The notes under the pieces are model-generated. The model saw nothing but the letters and a program-made list of their open reading frames with translations. It was not told where the DNA came from and did not search any database. A stretch of DNA of 64,000 nucleotides from Candidatus Woesearchaeota archaeon (GTDB lineage Archaea > Nanobdellota > Nanobdellia > Woesearchaeales > WJIZ01). Made by a program: the position numbers and the translations under genes. Location of the stretch: assembly GCA_014729995.1 (NCBI GenBank), contig WJIZ01000024.1, positions 736 through 64,735 on the forward strand. The letters run 5' to 3'. Positions 1-9,710 of the stretch are shown here, one piece after another; positions within the stretch are counted from its first letter, which is position 1, and every line of letters begins with the position of its first letter.

Positions 1-815
1 TCATTTATTTTGATTAATTCTGTTAACTCCTTGTCATTGATTTTTTTAAGGATGGCTTCTTTTTTTCTCCTTATTGTTTTAGGGTCTTGAAAAGTCTTGG
101 GCTTCTTGATTAATTCGTTTGCTTCCTTGACAAAATCACTAACTGCCAGTACTTTAGCTGACGCATAGCTATTATTTATCCAAAAATATTTTTTTTGATG
201 TTTTTCAAGCATTGACATTAGTCTCATATCTGTTAATTTTTCAGGTATTTTTTTCATACCTTTTTCCTTAGCGTAATTTGCAATCTTAGATAAACTGATT
301 TGTTCTTTTGTTAGGAATGAATTGAAGCTTGGAGTTGTAAGTGCCACCAAATTATCCATATCTTTTACTTTGCTCCTGATTAAGTTTTCCGTTGGATGCA
401 CCCAACCTTCTACTATGTGCGAGACGCTTAAAACGTTGGCATATGCTTTGTCTGCAAGGGCCAACAGGCCTTTTAATTCTTGAATTGATTTTTTTTCAAG
501 CGCTTTTATCTGCTTAAACATTTCTAGACTTTCCCTGCATGCTTTTTTATCCTCATCATCCAGGAAGATGAGATAATCTGGATCCTTTTTCACTTTCTTT
601 ATCAACTCTCTTTTTATTTTTTGCATATCCTCCCATGAGTATAAAAAGTAGCATTTGTCCTGTTCAAAATACATAATGATTCCAGAATAACCAAACCCAA
701 GCCTGTTTTTCATCTCTACTGGAGCGCTTCTTGCTCCTCCGGCTAGCAAGGTTAAGGTTCCATTAAACCCCTGGAAGTACCATTTCTTGGAAATAAGGTC
801 TTTTTCTACAGTCAT
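1..815 (-). CDS. PEP-utilising-enzyme-family paralog, N-terminal part; C-terminus runs off the window start
   Basis: Manual minus-strand translation gives ATG at 813-815 and an open frame to position 1 with no stop. Product MTVEKDLISKKWYFQGF...YFWINNSYASAKV resembles the N-terminal regions of the 2288-3766 and 5152-6828 proteins (TTPxxxS and YFWI/WWIT segments). Confidence 0.45.
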   Translation of the reverse strand, partial: MTVEKDLISKKWYFQGFNGTLTLLAGGARSAPVEMKNRLGFGYSGIIMYFEQDKCYFLYSWEDMQKIKRELIKKVKKDPDYLIFLDDEDKKACRESLEMFKQIKALEKKSIQELKGLLALADKAYANVLSVSHIVEGWVHPTENLIRSKVKDMDNLVALTTPSFNSFLTKEQISLSKIANYAKEKGMKKIPEKLTDMRLMSMLEKHQKKYFWINNSYASAKVLAVSDFVKEANELIKKPKTFQDPKTIRRKKEAILKKINDKELTELIKIN

Positions 816-952
816 TTTATTTTCTCTTATCCGCCAAATTATTAAATTTATGCTTTGTATGCAACTTTTTTCTTCTCTTGTTTGTTACTATTGATTAGTA
901 AATTATACATATTTAAATATCTGTAGTAATATATATTACTACACTCAAAGAA

Positions 953-960
953 TTTATATA
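953..960 (+). promoter_or_regulatory. putative archaeal TATA box for the trmB-like gene
   Basis: tttatata about 23-30 nt upstream of ATG 983, in an AT-rich intergenic region. A second TATA-like atttaaata lies at 911-919. Confidence 0.25.
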
Positions 961-982
961 TAACAGATGAATTTGTACGGAT

Positions 983-1714
983 ATGAATATACAAACTGAA
1001 GAAGCTTTGATTCAAGGCGGACTGACCAAAAATGAAAGAGTATATCTTGCATTATTAAAACTCGGCAGTGCAACTGCAGTTGAAATAACAAAAAAAAGCA
1101 AAGTGCATAGGGTAAATGTATACGATGTATTGGAAAGATTAAGAGAAAAGGGGTTAATCAGCACCATATTTGAATCAAATAAGCGAATCTATGAATCAGC
1201 AAATCCTGATCAGTTAATTCAGTTGATTAAGGAAAAAGAAGAATTACTTGCTGATGTATTACCCACCTTAAAGCAGGAATTTGCATTAAAGAAAGAAAAG
1301 CAGCAGGTATACCATTTCTTTGGACCTGAGGGAGTCATGCGCGCATACTATATGATGCTTGAGCAAAATGCAACCATTTATGGGCTTGGTGGTTCCGGAT
1401 TAAACAGAAAATATCTCATGCACAGGCACCATATGTGGAACAAGGAAAGAATAAATAAAAAGATTTCAGTTGTTGGATTATATTATGAATCCTCCAAAAT
1501 TATGAAGGAAAAACCAGGAAAGAATACTTTGATTAAAAGAAAATATTTGCCTGATAAATTCAAGACAATTGGCATGATAGATATCTGCGGCGATTTAGTA
1601 GTAAACCTTCTTCCAATAGAAGACAATATCATGGCAATAGTAATAGAAAATAAAATCCTGGCAGACACTTATAAAAAATTCTTTGAATTCATGTGGCAGT
1701 TTGCTAAATCTTAA
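983..1714 (+). CDS. TrmB-family transcriptional regulator (winged helix)
   Basis: N-terminus LTKNERVYLALLKLGSATAVEITKKSKVHRVNVYDVLERLREKGLIS matches the TrmB HTH signature. Confidence 0.7.
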   Translation: MNIQTEEALIQGGLTKNERVYLALLKLGSATAVEITKKSKVHRVNVYDVLERLREKGLISTIFESNKRIYESANPDQLIQLIKEKEELLADVLPTLKQEFALKKEKQQVYHFFGPEGVMRAYYMMLEQNATIYGLGGSGLNRKYLMHRHHMWNKERINKKISVVGLYYESSKIMKEKPGKNTLIKRKYLPDKFKTIGMIDICGDLVVNLLPIEDNIMAIVIENKILADTYKKFFEFMWQFAKS

Positions 1715-2291
1715 ATCTCTTTAAATCTGCTTTAAGCTGCTTCATATTCTGATAATGAATCGTTCTAATCCCGACTTTTTGCGCGCCTGGAAGATTATGT
1801 GCAGAATCATCAATAAAGATACATTCATCTGCATTTAGCCTGTATTTTCTAAGCAGCTTACTGAAGATTTTCGTGTGCGGCTTTCTTCTTCCTGCCTGAA
1901 AACTCACAATCCCTCCATCAAAATGTTTTGTAATTTTAAGCCTTTCATCTACCATATGCCAATATTCTTTTCCTTCGTTTGAGACAAAATATACCTTGTA
2001 TTTTTTCTTTAGTTTATCAAGCAGCTTAAAAGGCTCTTCATACCTTTTCTTATACTGGATTCTCCTGTCCCAAAAATGAGGGTCGTGCTTAAGCCCCATA
2101 TCCCTAAAAAGCATGAGTGTGAATTTATCCTTTGAAAGTCTTCCCATCTCATATTTCCTAAAATGGCTTTCATATGCTTGTTTTACCTTTTCATAAGGAA
2201 TATCAAATCTTTTTGAGTAGTGCTCCAGAATGATTTTTTCATCTGAGGTGATAAAAATTCCAGAAATGTCAAAGATGATATTCTTGATCAT
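1704..2291 (-). CDS. HAD-superfamily hydrolase
   Basis: Motif I IIFDISG (variant DxS), motif II VYFVSNEG, a conserved Lys (RRKPHTK) and motif IV FIDDSAHN. 4-bp overlap with the upstream gene. Confidence 0.55.
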   Translation of the reverse strand: MIKNIIFDISGIFITSDEKIILEHYSKRFDIPYEKVKQAYESHFRKYEMGRLSKDKFTLMLFRDMGLKHDPHFWDRRIQYKKRYEEPFKLLDKLKKKYKVYFVSNEGKEYWHMVDERLKITKHFDGGIVSFQAGRRKPHTKIFSKLLRKYRLNADECIFIDDSAHNLPGAQKVGIRTIHYQNMKQLKADLKRFKI

Positions 2292-3766
2292 TTTAATCTT
2301 TTTATAACACCAGCATCTGCATCTACTTCCACTGATTCATTATTATTTAAAACTTGCGTTGCATACTTGGTTCCAATAACACATGGAATGCCAAGTTCCC
2401 TACTGACAATTGCTGCATGGCATGTGATTCCCCCTTCGTCTGTTACAATTGCGCCTGCTTTTTTCATAAGCCGTGTATATTCAGGCCTTGTCATAGAAGC
2501 AACTAGTATGTCTCCATGATTAAAATCCTTAAAATTATTTGCATCCTGTACTATTTTTACGCAACCTTTTGCCTTTCCCAAGGAGGCAGAAATACCTTTT
2601 AGTTCTAAGATGGATTTATCTCCTTTGTTTGGGTTATCAAGCAGTTCATAGAGTATCTTTGCTTTTTTTGAGCCATGGATGAACCTTTCTTTAGGTCTTA
2701 TGTAGAATACACAGGATTTTAGGCGGTTTTTTAATATAGTTTTTTCAATGTTTTGTCCCTTCAGTATATCCAGAACCTCCAAGGGTGTTGCGTACTTGAT
2801 TTCTTCTTGAGAATATTTAGTGAGCCTTGATACCAGCTTTGCAAAGCGCAACATAAAATAATTTCCAATAAGATTGTTTCTTTTTCTATGGTCTTGGAAT
2901 ATCGTTCCTTTTCTAATCAAGAGAGCCATTGCATTTTCCTCTATGTTGAATTCATTGGACTTTTCAAGCTGCCTGTGTTTTTTTAAAAATTTTGCATGTT
3001 CATCTTCAAAATGCCTTAATTTAGTCTTTGGGTCTCTTATTTCATTTGCGCGTTTGAAGAAGTAATCAACTCCAAGATTGATGCCGTCGCGATAAGTATT
3101 TTGAATCCAGAAATACTTTTTTGCATGGCTGCTCAGCTGATTCATTAAATTATCGCCTAAAGCATCAAGTGAATCATAATTTTCTATTTCTATTGAAATC
3201 TTAAGTAGACTATGCTCTTCTTTTTTTAAGTGCGAACTTTCTGTAGGGGTCGAAAGGATTGTGAAATTATCCAATCCTTTTGGACCGTATCTTTTGATTA
3301 TTTTTGGAATCCATATATTATCTGCACAATATGAGATTCCTGTAACTGTTAATGGAATGCCCCATACTTGCTTGAATGTTTGGAAAAAAGTTCCGTATAT
3401 GTTTCTTATTTCATGCATATTTAAATCCCCTAATTGCATGTTGTAAAGCGCTTGCCACAACTTGTTATATTTTTTATTAATTGGCAGCCATTCGTCTATT
3501 ATGTTCTGGTATGAGCCTGGATTACTTAGTTCTTCTTTTAAGAGCCTATTACCAATCTCAATTTGCCTATCTTCTGGATACAGAATTCCCAAGAAATCAT
3601 TTTTGAAAATAAAATACATAAAATCCCAATCTAAATCCGATTTAGACAAGTCATCCATTATAGCTGTTGCAGGAACAAAGATAGTGTTTAGGACACCCGG
3701 CATTCTTTCAAATATAATAGGCCTTTTTAGGTTTTTTCTGGCTTGCTTTACTGCTTTTTCTATCAT
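2288..3766 (-). CDS. PEP-utilising enzyme family protein with C-terminal phosphohistidine swivel (mobile) domain; N-terminal domain of unknown specificity
   Basis: C-terminus [46 protein letters not shown] is the PEP-utiliser mobile domain with a catalytic His. Confidence 0.65.
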   Translation of the reverse strand: [492 protein letters not shown]

Positions 3767-3921
3767 TTTATTTTTCTAATGATCCCCTTGTCAGCATCGA
3801 CTTCAATTAAATCATTGTCTTTTAGGACTTTTGTTGCAATTTTTGTTCCAATAACTCACGGAATTTCAAGTTCTCTTGCAACAATTGCAGCATGACAGGT
3901 AACGTCGCCTTCATGAACGTC
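3766..3921 (-). pseudogene. decayed 3-prime remnant of another PEP-utiliser swivel domain (in-frame stop, frame-shifted relative to the upstream acetyltransferase ORF)
   Basis: Minus-strand translation gives [51 protein letters not shown]. This is collinear with the C-terminus of the 2288-3766 protein, with TGA at the conserved Cys codon. Confidence 0.5.
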
Positions 3922-4522
3922 CCATTTTTCCATACTTAATAATCTCCAAATCCTTCTTAGCAACAAGCCCTTCTTTTGGAAGCTTTAACTTAAACTTAGC
4001 AGGGATACCTACCCAGAATTCATTTTCGGGGATATCTGATTTAACAAAACAATACATGCCTGTTGCAGCATTTTTTCCGATTGTTGTACCTGCACCTATC
4101 ACATTATATGCTGAAATCATCGCCCCTTTTTTAATCACGGCTCTTCCAATGGAAAACCAGTTTTTTGCAAATTCGTGTGTTGCTATTTCACAATCTGAAC
4201 CGACCATTACATTGTCTTCAATTGTTATTAATTCTGGAAATAGCGGATCAAAAAGTACATTGTAGGCTATTGCTACATCTTTACCAATCTTTATTCCAAA
4301 TAACCTGTATATAGAATTTTTTAGTTTGCAAGGCGGGGTTTTCCTCATTATTTCGAAGATGAATGCTGTAAAAAGCATCTTAACCGGGTTCCTGATTTTA
4401 CCCCAGTCCATTTCTGAATTTCCCTTGTTTCCCTTGTAAGCAATTTTTGCGTGCCTAATGCTTGGGTCCTTTAGGACTTTTTTGCATAAGCTTCTCCAGT
4501 TAGCATAAAATATTTTGCTCAT
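3911..4522 (-). CDS. hexapeptide-repeat (left-handed beta-helix) acetyltransferase, WcaF/sugar O-acetyltransferase-like
   Basis: IYRLFGIKIGKDVAI...VMVGSDCEI...IGRAVIKKGAMISAYNVIGAGTTIG hexapeptide repeats. Paralog of the next gene. Confidence 0.65.
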   Translation of the reverse strand: MSKIFYANWRSLCKKVLKDPSIRHAKIAYKGNKGNSEMDWGKIRNPVKMLFTAFIFEIMRKTPPCKLKNSIYRLFGIKIGKDVAIAYNVLFDPLFPELITIEDNVMVGSDCEIATHEFAKNWFSIGRAVIKKGAMISAYNVIGAGTTIGKNAATGMYCFVKSDIPENEFWVGIPAKFKLKLPKEGLVAKKDLEIIKYGKMGRS

Positions 4523-4526
4523 TTTA

Positions 4527-5117
4527 TCACCTTCTTAGGCCTTTATTAAATTCCTGCAGATATTCTTTTGGAAGTTCTTTTTTTACCTGCATTGGAATAC
4601 CAACACAAAAACTTCTTGGCGGAACATCCTTATTTACATAAGTATAAACCCCGACTATTGACTGGTCACCATACTCGGTTGGGGGCTCATTTCCAACCCA
4701 GGAGCCAATCAATACCTGTTTTCCAATCCTTACTCTTCCAAGCCTAAACTCATCAATGAGGATTGAATGTGCTGCCACCCAGATATCGCCTCCAAGAAGT
4801 GCTCCATCATCGATTTCGATTAGTTCTGGAAAGAGCCAGTCTATTACCACGTCAGGAGAAATGGTCACGTCTTTTCCAATTTTTACTCCAATCATCCTGT
4901 AAAGATTATTTTTAAACTCGCATGGTGGAAGTTTCCTGCAAATTTCGACAATAAAAGAAGTCCAGAGCATGTGAACTGGATTTCTGAGTCGATACCACTC
5001 TTTAGCAGCGTTTAACTTTGGTCCTTTGTATTTTATCCTTATTTCTTTTTTTGTTTTGTCTTTTAGAAATGCCTTAACTTGTTTTTTAATATAGTCACCC
5101 ATCTTAAATACCCCCAA
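4527..5117 (-). CDS. hexapeptide-repeat acetyltransferase (paralog)
   Basis: LYRMIGVKIGKDVTISPDVVI...LLGGDIWVAAHSILID...IGKQVLIGSWVG. About 45% identical in layout to the 3911-4522 product. Confidence 0.65.
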   Translation of the reverse strand: MGVFKMGDYIKKQVKAFLKDKTKKEIRIKYKGPKLNAAKEWYRLRNPVHMLWTSFIVEICRKLPPCEFKNNLYRMIGVKIGKDVTISPDVVIDWLFPELIEIDDGALLGGDIWVAAHSILIDEFRLGRVRIGKQVLIGSWVGNEPPTEYGDQSIVGVYTYVNKDVPPRSFCVGIPMQVKKELPKEYLQEFNKGLRR

Positions 5118-5151
5118 ATATATGTTAAAATAGAGTTTGTTTATTTAAAAT

Positions 5152-6828
5152 TTATGCCCTTTTAACAATCTTTACTGTACCATGGTTTGCGTTTACTTCA
5201 ATTAAATCCCCATCTTTTAGTGTCCTTGTAGCGATTTTGCACCCAACAATACAAGGTACTTTGAGTTCCCTGCTTACAATTGCCGCATGACACGTAACAC
5301 CTCCTTCATCAGTTACCACAGCAACAGCTTTTTTCATTGCCGGCAAATAGTCAGGTGTTGTCATGGATGCAACAAGGATATCTCCTTTGTTTACTTTGTT
5401 TAGAGCCTCTCTTGATGCAAAACACACTTTTGCTTTGCCTGTAACCCTCCCGGCTGACGCGATTACTCCCTTGAAATCCAGCACGTCATCGATTCCTGCC
5501 ATTAGTTCTTCGTTTCTTCTCCTATCTGCTGCAATTCCTGTGTGTTGTTCTATTCTTTCTTCTGTTACAAGAAAAAAATATGATTCTTTTCTTTTATTGA
5601 TTTCATCTAAATCAATCTCCCCTGTTTTTATATGGGAAATGATTTCCCACGGCCAGCACCACACCAAGTCATTGTATTTTTGACCATATCTTCTTGAAAC
5701 CTCAAAAAGAAATTTATTCATAGCAGCGGTTCCTTTCATCTGACCTTCCTTTCTCATATCATGAAACACTGCATATTTTTCAAATATCTTCAGATAATAG
5801 TCCATTTCCTTATCAAATGAGAGTTCCTTTGCTAATTCCTTTTTTTCTTTTGATATAAAGAATGAATAATTATTAAGCTCTTTTATCTCGTCTGCTATAC
5901 TTGTATTGCCTTGAATAATCTTTTTTATCTCATCTACATACATGAGCTCATTTTTTTCTGTTTTTTCTGTCCAGCTAAGAGTTATCCACCAAAACCTACT
6001 TACAAGCCCCTTGATTCTTTTCATGATATCTTCGGGCATTTTTTTTAATACTATATTGGAATCAAGCTCAAGCAGTTTCTTATTTTTAAGGTCCGCGGCA
6101 ATTTTTAATATCTCAAGTTTTTCAAGATTCATAATTGAACTTTCAACTGGTGTTGTAATTAAGCTGTACTTTGAATTAAATGCACTTGTCTTATAATTCC
6201 CGTGCTTTTTTTCCATTAGCTCTTGGAGTTTTTCCTTCATCTTTTCTTCAAGTACTATGTCAAGAGCATCAATATCAAAGGTAAGTGCGTGAAATCTTTT
6301 TAATTGCTCATAGAGTTCATTATATTTTGTCAATAATTCAACTTCTTGTAACTTATCGAGATCCATTGCTTTTATTTCTTCACTCAAGCCAACGGTTCTT
6401 GTGTAAATCCTATCATACTTTTTTAGGTGATTGTTCCAAAACTCATTGTTTTTTAACTTTTCAAGCAGGTATCTGCCAACATTATAGATATCTTCTTTAT
6501 AGTTGCACCACCAGGATTTTTGGCCATCATTGGTTCCGAGTTCCTTTGTAAAGGAACATCCTATCATTTCAAATGAATTCCTTACAACTCCAATTGCAAT
6601 GGGGGCAGCAACATGCGTGGGCAGAACCTCTCTTATATATTCGAACCATCTGCCTTCTATTTTCTTCTCTGCTGGCTCTTGGTTAAAAATATGGTTGAGT
6701 TTTTCCTGAAGCAGCATGTGGACTTTTTTAGAAATCGTATATCCTGCCAGATCCTTTCTAAATAATTCTATTTCTTTTAATTTTTCAACCTGCTCTGCAG
6801 GTATTTGAACCATATGTCTTTTTGTCAT
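5152..6828 (-). CDS. PEP-utilising enzyme family protein with C-terminal phosphohistidine swivel domain
   Basis: C-terminus [46 protein letters not shown]. The N-terminal region is paralogous to the neighbouring family members. Confidence 0.65.
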   Translation of the reverse strand: [558 protein letters not shown]

Positions 6829-6925
6829 TTTGTTTAAAAATGTTTACATATTTAAAAATTTAACTGAAAATTTTTAAGAAAGAAAGGAAAGCAATGCTTT
6901 CCTCCCTTCCAAAGTGTCCAAAGGA

Positions 6926-7981
6926 TTATGCAGCTTTCCTGAAATCATAAGGCCCTGCAATTTCAAAAGGCTTGTTTACTGCTTCTATTTCTTCTGATGT
7001 AATAAGAGCCGACCTCTTAAAATTAGCTCTTTTGGGTCCGTTGTCCATTATCCTGCCGATTAATTCGGCGCATTCTTTTTCATAAAACGGAGACAAATGA
7101 TCATAAGGAATTCTGATGCCCGGCATCTTTAGCATACCCGGAAATCTTTTTTCCAGCGCTGTAATCACGGGCTTATCCTCAATAATATAAGTAAGTCTGG
7201 GGTCAGTGTATCTTTCAATGCTTTGCTTGCTTGGATTAAGCTCCAGAGGCATAGCGCCGTAAGCATATATATGATTAATATGTGAATATCCAAACTTTAA
7301 AAGATATCTTTTTGTTGTTTCTGCTCCGTCGCTATAGCCAAATACATCGGGCCTGCTTCCTGTCTTAGCAAGAATCAGCCTTGCATAATGCTGTATCACT
7401 CTGGGGTCTATTGTGTTAAGATGCACCATGGGCTTGCCCGAATGCTTTTCCAGGAAATAAGTATTGGCCGGTATTCCCCATAAGCCTGTGACAAATATGG
7501 CAGGGGTTTCTCCGTCTGCAGCTGCTTCTTCTATGTCCTTATACGGGTTTCTGCTGGCATCAGGCAGGTCAGTCAAGCCAAGAAACAGCTGATACGCTGT
7601 CTGTATAAGCCTTCCCACTGTTATCTTGCCTTCCTTCATGTACTTATTTATCATTTTAAACCAGCTGTTGATATCCAGATGGAGCTTATAATTCCCCTCT
7701 CTTTGCTGGCCTGCATAGAACTGAGCAGCTAATCTGCTGGCATCTGTCTTAGACATACCGCTTTTAATCAGCCTCTCAACCAATGACTTGACAGCTTCAT
7801 TAGTATTCTTTAATTTTGCCTCAAGTCCGCCTGCTTTGTCAGCATTCTTTTTGCCTTTTTTATTTGAAGATTTTGAGCTATATGCTGATTTATTTGCACT
7901 CCCAGAACTGCCAGAAACTCTTTGCTCCAGTGATTTTGAAGCGCTTTTCCTAGCGCTTCTTTTAGCTTTTCCTTTAGACAC
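6926..7981 (-). CDS. hypothetical protein with N-terminal K/S-rich disordered region; possible alpha/beta-hydrolase (GYSDG nucleophile-elbow-like motif)
   Basis: Long ORF with a low-complexity Lys/Ser-rich first 70 aa. FVTGLWGIP and GYSDGAE segments are suggestive only. Confidence 0.35.
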   Translation of the reverse strand: MSKGKAKRSARKSASKSLEQRVSGSSGSANKSAYSSKSSNKKGKKNADKAGGLEAKLKNTNEAVKSLVERLIKSGMSKTDASRLAAQFYAGQQREGNYKLHLDINSWFKMINKYMKEGKITVGRLIQTAYQLFLGLTDLPDASRNPYKDIEEAAADGETPAIFVTGLWGIPANTYFLEKHSGKPMVHLNTIDPRVIQHYARLILAKTGSRPDVFGYSDGAETTKRYLLKFGYSHINHIYAYGAMPLELNPSKQSIERYTDPRLTYIIEDKPVITALEKRFPGMLKMPGIRIPYDHLSPFYEKECAELIGRIMDNGPKRANFKRSALITSEEIEAVNKPFEIAGPYDFRKAA

Positions 7982-8097
7982 CTTAACACCTTTGTCACTA
8001 CTATTAAGTAATATCTTATATATAAATTTTTCGAAAAGAATAATTATTTACAATATAGAAAATTACTAATTTTTTCTTTAAATAGTGTGTACCGGAA

Positions 8098-8577
8098 CTA
8101 TTTTCCGAACTTTCCTTTCAGCGCCTTTTCAACGTTTTTGGGAACAAGGCTGTTTAGGCTGCCGCCCAAGGAAGCGACTTCCTTTACAACTGAAGCAGAA
8201 AGATAGCAGTACATGCCGCGGGTCATGATGAAAATAGTTTCTATGCCTGGATTAAGCTTGCGGTTCATCAGGGCAGCCTGGAATTCATAATCAAAGTCTG
8301 AGACTGCCCTTAGGCCGCGGATGATTGCGGCCACTTTCTTCTTCCTGGCAAATTCCATCAGTAATCCTGAAAAATGGCTGACTTCAACATTAAGGCTGTT
8401 AGTCGCATCTTTAATCAGCTGCATCCTCTTCTCTGCTGAGAAAAGATATTTCTTATTAGGATTTTCGCCCACTCCTATGATAACCTTATCGAATATCTTT
8501 AACGCCCTTTTGATTACATCGATGTGGCCGTTTGTTACAGGGTCAAAGCTTCCCGGATATACTGCTAATTTAGGCAT
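8098..8577 (-). CDS. coaD: phosphopantetheine adenylyltransferase, bacterial type
   Basis: MPKLAVYPGSFDPVTNGHIDVIKRA is the classic bacterial CoaD nucleotidyltransferase motif. Confidence 0.85.
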   Translation of the reverse strand: MPKLAVYPGSFDPVTNGHIDVIKRALKIFDKVIIGVGENPNKKYLFSAEKRMQLIKDATNSLNVEVSHFSGLLMEFARKKKVAAIIRGLRAVSDFDYEFQAALMNRKLNPGIETIFIMTRGMYCYLSASVVKEVASLGGSLNSLVPKNVEKALKGKFGK

Positions 8578-8670
8578 AGGGTTTAGAATTCTTTGTTGTA
8601 TATATAGGTATCGGTTGATTATTTTTTTAGGCTATATTAACAAAAGACGGCTTAATCCTTTTAAGCATAT

Positions 8671-9171
8671 TCAGTACTTATACCTCTTAAAATAACCGAA
8701 TAGAGTATTGTAAAGGCTGCTGCATGCTGCAGAAACGTCCCCATCATACCTTCCAAGCCAGAATTTCCAGACCAGCTTATCATATAAAGTCCTCAAGAAA
8801 ATATACAGTGGCTTCTGCTGCCACCTGTACTCGATGTCTGTCTCGAGGAAGCCGTCAATTATTACCAGAACTTTTCCTTTCTGCATATTCCTCTTATGCA
8901 TGCCCTTTTTCAGCTCGAAGTCCACAATATCCCTAAAGAGCGCTTTTATCCTTACTGTAGAGCGTGCATAATCCGCAAGCGGCTTCCACAGCTCAAAGAC
9001 ATATTCCATCCTTTTTCCATGCGAAAAAACATGCTCAAGCTTCTTTTTTGTTTCCCTCTCATAATCATTGCCGTCTGTCCATTCGTCAAGGAGCTGGAAA
9101 AACTCGCTGATATCAAACATCCCTGAATAAGTAAACCTTATCCCGTCTACAACAATATGTTTTTCCGGCAT
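8671..9171 (-). CDS. hypothetical protein, member A1 of a four-gene paralog array
   Basis: ATG at 9171 lies 2 nt after the stop of the upstream gene (the track ORF began at a TTG at 9186). Shares LVIIDGFLETDIEYRWQ...FLRTLY with the 9174-9710 product. Confidence 0.5.
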   Translation of the reverse strand: MPEKHIVVDGIRFTYSGMFDISEFFQLLDEWTDGNDYERETKKKLEHVFSHGKRMEYVFELWKPLADYARSTVRIKALFRDIVDFELKKGMHKRNMQKGKVLVIIDGFLETDIEYRWQQKPLYIFLRTLYDKLVWKFWLGRYDGDVSAACSSLYNTLFGYFKRYKY

Positions 9172-9173
9172 TT

Positions 9174-9710
9174 TCAGTAAAACCAATGAGGCATTTTCTT
9201 TACAGGCTTGTAGCTGCGGTACATGTTAAAGAAGCGCTCGAACATGTCATAGATATGGTGGCAGTCGTCTATGATGAGCCTTTCATGGAACTTTGAATAG
9301 TTCTTGAAGAGAAACTTTATGTAAAGCGTCCTTATGAACTGCAAGAAGGCAGTATGCTGCCACCTGCTTTCATAATCATATTCAACGAAGCCGTCCAGGT
9401 AGATGATAATCCTTCCGTGGTCCATTGTCTTCTTATTATTATCTGCCATGACGTCCACTTTCTTAAGGTCATATATGAGCATCCTTATCCTCATGAAATA
9501 CCTTACAGCATCGGTCTGCTTTTTCCATGGAAAATAGTAATACTCGATGCACTTGCCGTGGCTTGTGTTCTGCTCTGATATATAATCCCCGCCTTTTTCA
9601 TACGGGCTTTCCTTGTACCATCGCGTAAACATCCGGAACATCTCCCTTACACTGAATATTCCCCTATACTCGAGCTTTAAGTGGTCAACTATATGGTTTA
9701 CATCTCCCAT
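9174..9710 (-). CDS. hypothetical protein, member A2 of a four-gene paralog array
   Basis: IIIYLDGFVEYDYESRWQHTAFLQFIRTLY. Its start overlaps the upstream stop (TGATG). Confidence 0.5.
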   Translation of the reverse strand: MGDVNHIVDHLKLEYRGIFSVREMFRMFTRWYKESPYEKGGDYISEQNTSHGKCIEYYYFPWKKQTDAVRYFMRIRMLIYDLKKVDVMADNNKKTMDHGRIIIYLDGFVEYDYESRWQHTAFLQFIRTLYIKFLFKNYSKFHERLIIDDCHHIYDMFERFFNMYRSYKPVKKMPHWFY

